NCBI GenBank assembly: GCA_040954595.2
Contig: CM082584.2
Coordinates: 2,697,344-2,761,343 of the forward strand
Direction: 5' to 3'
Length of the DNA stretch: 64,000 nt
DNA from: Balanoglossus misakiensis
Taxonomy: Eukaryota; Animalia; Hemichordata
The notes beneath the pieces were generated by a model. That model was given only the letters and a program-made list of their open reading frames with translations. It was not told the DNA's origin and did not search any database. Position 1 is the first letter of the stretch. Each line of letters opens with the position of its first letter. Of the stretch, positions 50,925-64,000 are shown one piece after another. A program made the position numbers and the translations under genes.

Positions 50925-53900
50925 TTTTGTTGTGGATGCAAAGAAATGGTAAAGTAAGCCAGAGGTCACGCAAAATTGTGACACAAATTTTTGATCTTAA
51001 ACTGATCAGTGTCAAACAAAAAACCAGATTTCTAAGCTCTATTGGTTAACTTGAAATAGATTATGTACAAAATTATTGTGTAAAAGTTTAATACTTTATT
51101 GGGTGTTGCAGTCCACCAAATTTGAAGGCTGTATCTGCTGTACATGCCAAGGCATGGGATAGTAGATCAAAGGTCATTGCCAAAATTATCAAAAGATTTG
51201 GGTTATGTCCTGGCAGCAGTAGTACTCATGTGAACAAAATCATGACTGTTGTGCTTTTTAACAAGAGGCATATCCACATAAAATAAGTTCTGGAATTACT
51301 GGATCAAAGAACATGTGGAAGTAGTCTAATAATTATGATATATTCTGGTCCTATGGTGACTCGTATCCATAAAAAGAATTTGTGTGGTTTCAATGAGCAC
51401 GCTAGAAATAGGAAATTTTAGTCTTTTATCGGAGATCAGAAAATCCAATTTGGCTCCAATAAGGTTTACCCAATCACATGTTACTTGAAAACTTGATTAG
51501 AAATAAATGTTTTGAAATTTTTTTATTCTATTTTTCAAAAATCCAAAGCCACATGACCACTAACGATATTATTGTCAAACATTGAACCACACAGTCAATT
51601 TGAACTTGATTGGCCCTGTAGTTTTTGAAAAAAATGTCACCTTTTAAAGGTTAACCGAAAATCCAATATGGCCGCCATGAGCAAGACAATTACAACTAAA
51701 AGCAGCATTGGAGGGACCAAAGTGGTTAGCATCGTTCCAACAGAAAGCAAAGGCTGTATCTGTTATTGATGCTGAGAAATTGTAAGTAAGCCAGAGGTCA
51801 CGCAAATTTGGGCCAACAAATTTTGATATCAAACTGAGGTGTGTCCAACAGAAAACAGACTTCTAAGCTCTATTGGTTAACTTGAAATAGCTTATGTACA
51901 TAGTTATTGTGTTAAAGTTTAATTCTTCATAAGGTGTTCCAGTCCACCAAATTTGAAGGCTGTATCTGCTGTACATGCCAAGGCATGGGATAGTAGATCA
52001 AAGGTCATTGCCAAAATTATCTAAAAGATTTGGGTTATGTCCTGGCAGCAGTAGTACTCATGTGAACAAAATCATGACTGTTGTGCTTTTTAACAAGAGG
52101 CATATCCACATAAAATTAAGTAGTGAACAAAAATGGATTAGAGAATGTGTGAAAGTTGCCAAAAAATGTAACGTATTCTAGTCATATGGTGACTCGTATC
52201 CATAAAAAATAGTTGTGTGCTATCAATTAGTAGGCAAGAAATAGGAAAATGTATTTGTTAATCGGATTTTAGAAAATTCAATTTGGCTCCAATAAGGTTA
52301 AACCAATCACAATTCACTTGAGAACATGATTAGGAAAAATAAATGAGATTTTTTAATGAGATCTTCAAAAATCCAATAAGGCATCCAAAGTCACATGACC
52401 ACTAATGATATTATTGTCAAACTTTGTGAACAGTAAATTAGAACTTGATTCGCCCTGCAGTTTTGAAGAAAGTCAACTTTTATAGATTATCAGAATATCC
52501 TATATGGCAACCATGAAGGAGACAATTAAAGCAACATGCAGCATTGCAGGGGCCAAAGTGGTTAGCATGGTTCCAACACAAAGCAAAGGCTGTATCTGTT
52601 ATGGATGCTGAGAAATGGTTAAGTAAGTCAGAGGTCATGCAAAATTGTGCTAACAAAATTTGATATCACACTGATCCGTATCCAACAAAAAGCCAGACTT
52701 CTAACTCTATTGGTTAATTTGAAAAAGCTTATGTACATAAATATTGTGTTAAAGTTTAAACTTCATTAGGTGTTTAAGTCCTCCAAATTTGAAGAATGTA
52801 TCTGCTGTGCATGCCAAGTTATGGGGAAGTACATCAAAGGTAATTGCCAAAATTATCAAAATATATTTGTTTTGTCCTGGCAGCAGTAGTACTAATGTGA
52901 ACAAAATCATGACTGTTGTGCTTTTAACAAGAGGCATATCCACATAAAATTTAGTTCTGGAATTACTGTATCAAAGGAGATGCGAGAGTCACCAGCAAAT
53001 TGAAATATATTCTTGTCATATGGTGACTCGTATCCATAAAAATTATTTGTGTGCTTTCAATGAGTAGGCTAGAAATAGGAAATTTTAGTTTTTAATCGGA
53101 GATCAGAAAATCCAATATGGGTCCAATTAGTTTTAACCAATCACAATTTACTTGAAAACTTGATTAGAAATAGATTTTTGATTTGTTTTATGATATTTTT
53201 CAAAAATCCAATTATGCATCCAAAGCCACATGACCACTACTGATACTATTATTGTCAAACATTGAACCGCACAGTAAATTAGAACTTGATTGGCCCTGTA
53301 TTTTTTGAAAAAAAATGTCAAGTTTTAAAGGTTATCCGAAAATCCAATATGGCCACCATGAAGAAGACAATTAATACTAAAAGCAGCATTGGAGGGACCA
53401 AAGCGGTTAGCATGGTTCGAACAGAAAGCAAAGGCTGTATCTGTTATGGATGCTGAGAAATGGTAAGTAAGCGAGAGGTCACGCAAATTTGGGCCAACAA
53501 ATTTCGATATCAAACTGAGCTGTGTCCAACAGAAAACAGACTTCTCAGCTCTATTGGTTAACTTGAAATTGCTTATGTACATAATTATTGTGTTAAAGTT
53601 TAATACTTCATTAGGTGTTTCAGTCCTCTAAATATTTTGTTTATTTCCTGGCAGCAGAAAGCAAAGGCTGCATCTGTTATAGATGCAAAACTCCTGTGAA
53701 CAAAATCATGACTGGTGTGCTTTTTGACAAGAAGCATATCCACGCACAATTAAGTTCTGGAAAAAATGGATCAAAGGACATTCGAAAATTGCCCAAAAAT
53801 TGTAATATAATCTGGTCATGTGGTGACTCATATCTATTAAAAGAATTTGGGTAGGCTAGAAATAGGATTTTTTTTAAATCGTGTGTTTAGAAAATCCGAT

Positions 53901-54186
53901 TTGGCTTTAATTAGGATAAACCAATCACAATTCACTTGAAAACGTGATTAGGAAAAGATTTGTGAAATTTTTCATGAGATTTTTCAAAAATCCAATATGG
54001 CAACCAAAGTGACATGACCACTAATGATATTATTGTCAAACATTAAACCGCACAGTAAATTAGAACTTGATTTGCCTTGTAGTTGTTGAAAAGATGTAAA
54101 TTTTTAAGTGTTATCATAATATCCAATATGGCCGCCATTAAGAAGAAATGGGATGGGCCCAAGCAGTTAGCAAAGGATGTTTTGTT

Positions 54187-54317
54187 AAAAAAATCATATG
54201 AAAACTCATGTGTTCGAAAGAGCATACAGTGTGGTTTAACCGTGAGCGTCATTGGGCAAAATTTCTTTTTGGATTTTGGCGCTATATAAACTTTTTTGCT
54301 TGATTGATTTGATTTGA
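54187..54317 (+). mobile_element. Second copy of the 131-bp retroposon fragment, duplicated with the HOR
   Basis: Same sequence and TSD at the same monomer position, 3393 bp downstream. Confidence 0.8.
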
Positions 54318-56610
54318 TTTTGTTGTGGATGCAAAGAAATGGTAAAGTAAGCCAGAGGTCACGCAAAATTGTGACACAAATTTTTGATCTTAAACTGATC
54401 AGTGTCAAACAAAAAACCAGATTTCTAAGCTCTATTGGTTAACTTGAAATAGATTATGTACAAAATTATTGTGTAAAAGTTTAATACTTTATTGGGTGTT
54501 GCAGTCCACCAAATTTGAAGGCTGTATCTGCTGTACATGCCAAGGCATGGGATAGTAGATCAAAGGTCATTGCCAAAATTATCAAAAGATTTGGGTTATG
54601 TCCTGGCAGCAGTAGTACTCATGTGAACAAAATCATGACTGTTGTGCTTTTTAACAAGAGGCATATCCACATAAAATAAGTTCTGGAATTACTGGATCAA
54701 AGAACATGTGGAAGTAGTCTAATAATTATGATATATTCTGGTCCTATGGTGACTCGTATCCATAAAAAGAATTTGTGTGGTTTCAATGAGCACGCTAGAA
54801 ATAGGAAATTTTAGTCTTTTATCGGAGATCAGAAAATCCAATTTGGCTCCAATAAGGTTTACCCAATCACATTTTACTTGAAAACTTGATTAGAAATAAA
54901 TGTTTTGAAACTTTTTTATTCTATTTTTCAAAAATCCAAAGCCACATGACCACTAACGATATTATTGTCAAACATTGAACCACACAGTCAATTTGAACTT
55001 GATTGGCCCTGTAGTTTTTGAAAAAAATGTCACCTTTTAAAGGTTAACCGAAAATCCAATATGGCCGCCATGAACAAGACAATTACAACTAAAAGCAGCA
55101 TTAGAGGGACCAAAGTGGTTAGCATGGTTCCAACAGAAAGCAAAGGCTGTATCTGTTATTGATGCTGAGAAATTGTAAGTAAGCCAGAGGTCACGCAAAT
55201 TTGGGCCAACAAATTTTGATATCAAACTGAGCTGTGTCCAACAGAAAACAGACTTCTAAGCTCTATTGGTTAACTTGAAATAGCTTATGTACATAATTAT
55301 TGTGTTAAAGTTTAATTCTTCATAAGGTGTTCCAGTCCACCAAATTTGAAGGCTGTATCTGCTGTACATGCCAAGGCATGGGATAGTAGATCAAAGGTCA
55401 TTGCCAAAATTATCTAAAAGATTTGGGTTATGTCCTGGCAGCAGTAGTACTCATGTGAACAAAATCATGACAGATGTGCTTTTTAACAAGAGGCATATCC
55501 ACATAAAATAAGTTCTGGAATTACTGGATCAAAGGACATGCGAGAGTCGCAAACAAGTTGTTCAATCAAGTTTTGTAAAAATTTGATCAAAGAACATCTG
55601 AAAGTAGTCTAATAATTTTGATATATTCTGGTCCTATGGTGACTCATATCCATAAAAAGAATTTGTATGGTTTCAAGGAGCACGCTAGAAATAGGAAATT
55701 TTAGTCTTTTATCGGAGATCAGAAAATCCAATTTGGCTCCAATAAGGTTTACCCAATCACAATTTACTTGAAAACTTGATTAGAAATAGATTTTTTGAAT
55801 TTTTTTTATGATATTTTTCAAAAATCCAAAGCCACATGACCACTAATGATATTATTGTCAAACATTGAACCGCACAGTCAATAAGAACACCAAATTTGAA
55901 GGCTGTATCTGCTGTACATGCCAAGGCATGGGATAGTAGATCAAAGGTCATTGCCAAAATTATCAAAAGATTTGGGTTATGTCCTGGCAGCAGTAGTACT
56001 CATGTGAACAAAATCATGACTGTTGGGCTTTTTAACAAGATGCATATCTATGTATAATTTACTTCTTATAAAATAATGTAAAGGACACTGTGGTGCCCTT
56101 TGGGGATTACTCAGAAATTAGGTATTCACCAGAATTAAATTCAGGGGCGACATTGGCAAGCATATATGGCATTAATATTTAAATACTATGGAAACATAAA
56201 AAAATTAACTATGCCAAATAAAGTGTTATGTGTCACAGCAATCTTACAAGCTACACTAAAAAACAACAACTGATTTTTGTCCAAAAACTGTCTGTAAAAA
56301 TACATGCGAGTATGACAAATTAATTAGTCCAATCAGACAGAGGCATTCACTGACCTACCACCAGTTTATAATAAAATAGCTGGTGGTCCCTGTAACAGCT
56401 GGACCATTAAAATTATATAAGGAAGATCAGTTAAAAATTTACTCCAAGATTGCCGTTTATTTTTCTGATAAAAATGTTTATACATCTTAGTAAGTTATAA
56501 CAAAGAAAATTATCAAAATCGGTTCACCGGATTTCAGCGTACAAACGCATCAAATAATACTGAGATTCTCAAGTATCTTCACCATTTTTCAAAGAATTTT
56601 ACCAAATTCT

Positions 56611-57965
56611 ATAAAAATGTAAGATTCACAGAAGATTACTTCTTTCAGTTTTACAGGAGATCATCTAAACTTGTAAAAAAAATCTCTCTATTTTTTGCAT
56701 GGCACCATGGTAAAATATGAAAATTTGCAATGTTTGATGTTCCGTGTCTAAATCATGTTTGATCTAATTTTCACGAAATTTTCAGATTATATTACAATAT
56801 ATGTGCAGATACAGATAGTGACTTATGTTTTTGATATCTGGATTATAATTTAAATTCACAGGCGCTCAAATATGGTAAACCTAGCATTTTACCATTGCAA
56901 ATGGGCGGCCATATTGGGTTGACATTTCATTAGATGGCAATATTTGTTTATACATTGCAATTTGCTGAAAATCAGTTCAATCACTGTAGTAAGTGGAAAT
57001 ATTTAAATTCTTGTTTATTTTAGCAATCATAAAGCTGATATTACTATAAAAAAAATGTTATACAGTTGCTTCTGGACAGCAAAAATTGCCATCATTCAAG
57101 TCAAAGTCTCAGATCAGCCCTTTTGCTTGCCTGTGTCGAGCAGATATCAAAAGTGGAGAAAGTTGGATAGTTTAATTTCTACATGTTACCTGTACTATCC
57201 TTGTAGACTATTAACATTAACAAGAATTTCATATTAACTTCTGGTATGATATGCATGGAAAGACTGGCTGGCTATAAATCATAAAAATGGACGCCGTTGC
57301 ACCATACAGTTTTACTGCATACACACGTATTTTAAGCAAACTGTGCCTTTCATGTATTCCACTTTTCTCCCTTCCTTGCTGGCTTTCTCTGTTTTTTTTC
57401 TGACTGTGTCTTTATAAAATTACTATTTTTTTTTATTTTTTTTTTTTTGGGGGGGGGGGGGGGGGGGTAATTCAATTTCTGGCTCAAAAAATTGTACTAG
57501 AGCTGGTAAGGTTTCCTGAAAATTAATCCCTGTATCTTTAACGCAGGTGTGCAAGTTCATATAAAGTTCATTGGTTAAAGGAATATTATGAGCTGATAAA
57601 TTTACTAAGCTCTTCTTTCCAGTTAGAAGCTCTGCTATATTAACAACTACTCTCAATGCTACTTCAATAATGTTGCCTGTGCAAATTGACAATCAAAATA
57701 TCCATTAGTTAGACAACATATTTGGTTGGGTAATTACAGAATAATAACTATAATTCCATGCATACTCTACCTAAACTCAAATTAGAATATATAACTAAAA
57801 TTATAGTTATACCCAGGTCTATAAAATGCTAAGAAAATGTAAAATCTAGGAAAGAACACCCATGGGCATTCAGCTCTTAGCAGATAACATCAGTCACTTT
57901 GAAGACATGTCACTTCCCAGACTTTACTAAAAATACTTCCAACTCTGACGTTAAACACATCTCCA
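56611..57965. repeat. ~1.35-kb non-satellite block, copy 1
   Basis: Starts ataaaaatg(t/c)aagattcacagaagat; near-identical copies start at 61407 and 63255. Confidence 0.92.
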
Positions 57966-60900
57966 AAAAATCCAATATGGCAACCATGAAGAAGACAATT
58001 AAAGCAACATGCTGCATTGGAGGGACCAAAGTGGTAAGCATGGTTCCAAAAGAAAGCAAAGGCTGTTTCTGTTGTGGATGCCAAGAAATGGTAAAGTAAG
58101 CCAGAGGTCATGCAAAATTGTGCTAACAAAATTTGATATCAAACTGATCAGTGTCCAACAAAAAACCAGACTTCTAAGCTCTATTGGTTAACTTGAAATA
58201 GCTTATGTACATAATTATTGTGTTAAAGTTTAATACTTCATTAGGTGTTCCAGTCCACCAAATTTGAAGGCTGTATCTGCTGTACATTCCAAGGCATGGG
58301 ATAGTAGATCAAAGGTCATTGCCAAAATTATCAAAAGATTTGGGTTTTGTCCTGGCAGCAGTAGTACTCATGTGAACAAAATCATGACTGCTGTGCTTTT
58401 TAACAAAAGGCATATCCACATAAAAGAAGTTCTGGAATAACTGGATCAAAGGACAAGCGAGAGTCGCAAATAAATTGTTTAAATCAAGTTCTGTAAAAAC
58501 TTGATCAAAGAACATGTGAAAGTAGTCTAATAATTGTGATATATTCTGGTCATATGGTGACTCATATCCATAAAAAGAATTTGTGTGGTTTCAATGAGCA
58601 GGCTAGAAATAGGAAATATTAGTCTTTTATCGGAGATCAGAAAATCCAATTTGGCTCAATAAGGTGTACCCAATCACAATTTACTTGAAAACTTGATTAG
58701 AAAAAGATTTGTGAAATTTTTCATGAGATTTTTCAAAAATCCAATATGGCAACCAAAGTGACATGACCACTAATGATATTGTTGTCAAACATTAAACCGC
58801 ACAGTAAATTAGAACTTGATTTGCCTTGTAGTTGTTGAAAAGATGTCAATTTTTAAGGGTTATCAGAATATCCAATATGGCCACCATTAAGAAGAAATGG
58901 GACAGGCCCAAGCGGTTAGCATGGTTCCAACAGAAAGCAAAGGCTGTTTTGTTGTGGATGCCAAGAAATGGTAAAGTAAGCCAGAGGTCACGCAAAATTG
59001 TGACACAAATTTTTGATCTTAAACTGATCAGTGTCCAACAAAAACCAGACTTGTAAGCTCCATTTGTTTACTTGAAATAGCTTATGTACAAAATTATTGT
59101 GTTAAAGTTTAATACTTCATTAGTTGTTTCAGTCCTCCAAATTTGAAGACTGTATCTGCTGTGCATGCCAACTTATGGAAAAGTAGATCAAAGGTCATTG
59201 CCATAATTAGCAAAATATTTTGGTTTTGTCCTGGCAGCAGTAGTACTCATGTGAACAAAATCATGACTGCTGTGCTTTTTAACAAAAGGCATATCCACAT
59301 AAAAGAAGTTCTGGAATAACTGGATCAAAGGACAAGCGAGAGTCGCAAATAAATTGTTTAAATCAAGTTCTGTAAAAACTTGATCAAAGAACATGTGAAA
59401 GTAGTCTAATAATTGTGATATATTCTGGTCATATGGTGACTCATATCCATAAAAAGAATTTGTGTGGTTTCAATGAGCAGGCTAGAAATAGGAAATATTA
59501 GTCTTTTATCGGAGATCAGAAAATCCAATTTGGCTCAATAAGGTGTACCCAATCACAATTTACTTGAAAACTTGATTAGAAAAAGATTTGTGAAATTTTT
59601 CATGAGATTTTTCAAAAATCCAATATGGCAACCAAAGTGACATGACCACTAATGATATTGTTGTCAAACATTGAACCGCACAGTAAATTAGAACTTGATT
59701 TGCCTTGTAGTTGTTGAAAAGATGTCAATTTTTAAGGGTTATCAGAATATCCAATATGGCCACCATTAAGAAGAAATGGGACAGGCCCAAGCGGTTAGCA
59801 TGGTTCCAACAGAAAGCAAAGGCTGTTTTGTTGTGGATGCCAAGAAATGGTAAAGTAAGCCAGAGGTCACGCAAAATTGTGACACAAATTTTTGATCTTA
59901 AACTGATCAGTGTCCAACAAAAACCAGACTTGTAAGCTCCATTTGTTTACTTGAAATAGCTTATGTACAAAATTATTGTGTTAAAGTTTAATACTTCATT
60001 AGTTGTTTCAGTCCTCCAAATTTGAAGACTGTATCTGCTGTGCATGCCAACTTATGGAAAAGTAGATCAAAGGTCATTGCCATAATTAGCAAAATATTTT
60101 GGTTATTTCCTGGCAGCAGCAGTACTCATGTGAACAAAATCATGACTGTTGTGCTTTTTAACAAGAGGCATATCCACATAAAATAAGTTCTGGAATTACT
60201 GGATCAAAGGGCATATCCACATAAAATAATTTCTGGAATTACTGGATCAAAGGACATGCGAGAGTCGCAAACAAATTGTTTATTCAAGTTTTATTATTGT
60301 CATTGAACCGCACAGTAAATTAGAACTTGATTTGCCTTGTAGTTGTTTTATAAGATGTCAATTTTTAAAGGTTATACGAAAATCCAATATGGCCGCCATG
60401 AAGAAGACAATTAAAACTAAAAGCAGCATTGGAGGGACCAAAGCGGTTAGCATGGTTCCAACAGAAAGCAAAGGCTTTATCTGTTATGGATGCTGAGAAA
60501 TGGTAAGTAAGCCAGAGGTCACGCAAATTTTGGCCAACAAATTTTGATATCAAACTGAGCTGTGTCCAACAGAAAACAGACTTCTAAGCTCTTTTGGTTC
60601 ACTTGAAATAGCTTATGTACATAATTATTGTTTTAAAGTTTAATACTTCATTAGGTGTTCCAGCCAAAAAAATTTGAAGACTGTATTTGCTGTTTATTCC
60701 AAGTAATGGGATAGTAGATCAAAGGTCATTGCCAAAATTATCAAAAGATTTGGGTTATGTCCTGGCAGCAAAGGTCATTGCCAAAATTATCAAAAGATTT
60801 GGGTTATGTCCTGGCAGCAGTCGTACTCATGTGAACAAAATTATGACTGTTGTGCTTTTTAACAAGAGGCATATCCACATAAAATAAGTTCTGGAATTAC

Positions 60901-61406
60901 TGGATCAAAGGACATGCGAGAGTCGCAAACACATTGTTTAATCAAGTTCTGTAAAAACTTGATCAAAGAACATGTGAAAGTAGTCTAATAATTGTGATAT
61001 ATTCTGGTCATATGGCGACTCATATCCATAAAAAGAATTTGTGTGGTTTCAATGAGCAGGCTAGAAATAGGAAATTTTAGTCTTTTATTGGAGATCAGAA
61101 AATCCAATTTGGCTTCAATAAGGTTTACCCAATCACAATTTACTTGAAAACTTGATTAGAAATAGATTTTTGAAATTTTTTAATGATATTTTTTCAAAAA
61201 TCCAAAGCCACATGACCACTAATGATATTATTGTCAAACATTGAACTGCACAGTAAATTAGAACTTGATTGGCCCTGTAGTTTTTGAAAAAAATGTCAAC
61301 TTTTAAAGGTTATCCGAAAATCCAATATGGCCGCCATGAAGAAGACAATTAAAACATTTACTAAAAGCAGCATTTGAGGGACCAAAGCGATTAACATGGT
61401 TCCAAC
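57966..61406. repeat. Satellite II, right segment, including an 879-bp near-perfect tandem duplication
   Basis: Monomer anchors at ~57967, 58869, 59748, 60379, 61318; near-identical ORFs at 58309/59188 and 58832/59711. Confidence 0.93.
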
Positions 61407-64000
61407 ATAAAAATGCAAGATTCACAGAAGATTACTTCTTTCAGTTTTACAGGAGATCATCTAAACTTGTAAAAAAATCTCTCTATTTTTTGCATGGCAC
61501 CATGGTAAGATATGAAAATTTGCAATGTTTGATGTTCCGTGTCTCAATCATGTTTTATCTAATTTTCACGAAATTTCCAGATTATATTGAACACCTATTG
61601 CCTGGCCATGAGGGCCATAGCGGCCGTTTATTACACCGGAGGGGTTGTGAGTTACCAGAATCATATGCTATTTCCCGAGGCCGCAGGCCGTGGGAAATAG
61701 CGTATGATTCTGGTAACTCACAGCCACGTGGGGGTAAAAACGGCTGCTATGGCCCGAATATAGGCCAGGCTATAGGTGTTTTATAATAAACCTCATGCTG
61801 ACAGTTTTGGAAAATCATGCAATTTTCTCTTGAGGTTGGCAGACGACATCTTCAGCGGTGGCCATTGTGTCAGACGCGAAGCTGATTGACGTGACCACGT
61901 TTGTCATGTGACCGGTTTATATTTTTTCTGCTATTTCCCTAACGGTTCATAGTCGATTCTATTTTCCTATCACGTGACGGATTCTGGCGAATCACGGCAC
62001 AGTATTAGCATGAGGTATATTATAATACAATATATGTGCAGATACAGATAGTGACTTAAGTTTTTGATATCTGGATTATAATTTAAATTCCCAGGCGCTC
62101 AAATATGGTAAACCTAGCATTTTACCATTGCAAATGGGCGGCCATATTGGGTTGACATTTCATTAGATGGCAATATTTTTTTATACACTGCAATTTGCTG
62201 AAAATCAGTTCAATCACTGTAGTAAGTGGAAATATTTAAAGTCTTGTGTATTTTAGCAATCATAAAGCTGATATTACTACCAAAAACATTTTATACAGTT
62301 ACTTCTGAACAGCAAAAATTGCCATCATTCAAGTCAAAGTCTCAGATCGGCCCTTTTGCTTGCCTGTGTCGAGTGGATATCAAAAGTGGAGAAAGTTGGA
62401 TAGTTTAATTTCTACATGTTACCTGTACTATCCTTGTAGACTATTAACATTAACAAGAATTTCATATTAAATTTTGGTATGATATGCATGGAAAGACTGG
62501 CTGGCTATAAATCATGAAAATGGACGCCGTTGCACCATACAGTTTTTACTGCACACACATGTATTTTAAGCACACTGTGTCTTTCATGTATTCCACTTTT
62601 CTCCCTTCCTTGCTGGCTTTGTCTATTTCTTTTCTGACTGCGTCTTTATGAAATTACTGATTTTTTTTTGGTAATTCAACTTCTGGCTCAAATAAATGTA
62701 CTAGAGCTGGTAAGGTTTCCTGAACATTAATCCCTGTATCTTTAACGCAGGTGTGCAAGTTCATATAAAGTTCATTGGTTAAAGGAATATTATGAGCTGA
62801 TAAATTTACTAAGCTCTTCTTTCCAGTTAGAAGCTCTGCTATATTATCAACTACTCTCAATGCTACTTCAATAATGTTGCCTGTGCAAATTGACAATCAA
62901 AATATCCATTAGTTAGACAACATATTTGGTTGGGTAATTACAGAATAATTACTTTAATTCCATGCATACTCTACCTAAACTCAAATTAGAATATATAACT
63001 GAAATTATAATTATAAACAGGTCTATGAAATGCTAAGAAAATGTAAAATCTAGGAAAGAACACCCATGGGCATTCAGCTCTTAGCAGATAACATCAGTCA
63101 CTTTGAAGACATGTCACTTCCCAGACTTTACTAAAAAAACTTCAAACTCTGAAGTGAAACGCATCTCCAAAAAATCCAATATGGCAACCATGAAGAAGAC
63201 AATTAAAGCAACATGCTGCATTGCAGGGGCCAAAGTGGTTTGCATGGTTCCAACATAAAAATGCAAGATTCACAGAAGATAACTTCTTTCAGTTTTACAG
63301 GAGATCATCTAAACTTGTAAAAAAAATCTCTCTATTTTTTGCATGGCACCATGGTAAAATATGAAAATTTGCAATGTTTGATCTTCTGTGTCTCGATCAT
63401 GTTTGATCTAATTTTCACGAAATTTTCAGATTATATTACAATATATGTGCAGATACAGATAGTGACTTAAGTTTTTGATATCTGGATTATAATTTAAATT
63501 CCCAGGCGCTCAAATATGGTAAACCTAGCATTTTACCATTGCAAATAGGCGGCCTTAATTGGGTTGACATTTCATTAGATGGCAATATTTGTTTATACAC
63601 TGCAATTTGCTGAAAATCAGTTCAATCACTGTAGTAAGTGGAAATATTTAAATTCTGATGTATTTTTAGCAATCATAAAGCTGATATTACTACCAAATAA
63701 ATGCTATACAGTTACTTCTGGACAGCAAAAATTGCCATCATTCAAGTCATAGTCTCAGATCGGCCCTTTTGCTTGCCTGTGTCGAGCGGATATCAAAAGT
63801 GGAGAAAGTTTGATAGTTTAATTTCAACATGTTACCTGTACTATCCTTGTAGACTATTAACATTAACAAGAATTTCATATTAAATTTTGGTATGATATGC
63901 ATGGAAAGACTGGCTGGCTATAAATCATGAAAATTGACGCCGTTGCACCATACAGTTTTTACTGCACACACACGTATTTTAAGCAAACTGTGTCGTTCAT
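61407..64000. repeat. Tandem copies 2 and 3 of the non-satellite block, each joined through ~85 bp of satellite II head (1410-bp unit); runs off the window
   Basis: Junction catggttccaac|ataaaaatgcaagattc at 61407 and 63255; spacing 1848 = 1410 + 438-bp insertion. Confidence 0.9.
61588..62025. mobile_element. 438-bp non-autonomous palindromic element, probably Crypton-mobilised
   Basis: Absent from homologous sites at ~56785 and ~63430 (cagattatattacaata); flanked by ATTATA direct repeats (61581-61586, 62019-62024); ~100-bp-arm hairpin 61582-61786 centred on cccgaggcc-gca-ggccgtggg; second inverted repeat ataataaacctcatgct / agcatgaggtatattat. Confidence 0.8.

Larger units (their letters stand above)
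46200..56060. repeat. Satellite II, ~0.66-0.95-kb monomers, including a 3.4-kb 4-mer HOR in two-plus copies
   Basis: Monomer anchor (a)atccaatatggc..ccat(g/t)aag at ~47590, 48252, 49085, 49929, 50709, 51658, 52496, 53340, 54120, 55051; near-identical ORFs offset by 3411 bp (49914/53325, 50632/54043) and 3393 bp (51644/55037). Confidence 0.95.

Noticed and set aside
44423-63883. Short ORFs in the minisatellite, satellite II and the 1.4-kb block
   Set aside because: They recur with the repeats, are not conserved between diverged monomers, and show no domain features

Overview
AT-rich eukaryotic DNA with spliceosomal introns and no bacterial features. The repeat families suggest a marine invertebrate, possibly a deuterostome (inference). 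Almost the whole window is transposons and satellites. (i) 1-6.4 kb is a cluster of adjacent and nested elements: two non-autonomous Zator-type TIR elements with intact TWA target-site duplications, and a decayed Crypton tyrosine-recombinase gene interrupted by a 398-bp MITE with a 9-bp TSD. (ii) 6.46-12.77 kb is the left part of an unusually large Zator-like element. It carries two head-to-head spliced genes: an intact 418-aa SAM-domain/coiled-coil/acidic-tail gene (-) and a transposase of at least 6 exons with DD43E spacing (+), one premature stop and no 3' end. (iii) 12.77-42.16 kb is a ~29-kb satellite of 175-194-bp monomers organised into a 947-bp 5-mer higher-order repeat and its variants. 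It begins 13 bp into transposase intron 6, is interrupted by a 2.8-kb TA-TSD transposon, and ends on a tRNA-like A/B-box head pointing into the array. (iv) 42.2-46.2 kb holds low-complexity DNA, minisatellites and a DR1/YY1-motif repeat. (v) 46.2-64 kb is a second satellite with ~0.8-0.9-kb monomers and a 3.4-kb 4-mer HOR, a 131-bp retroposon tail copied with the HOR, an emerging 1.41-kb tandem unit, and a 438-bp double-hairpin Crypton-like insertion with empty sites nearby. All coordinates were read by eye; no database searches were run.
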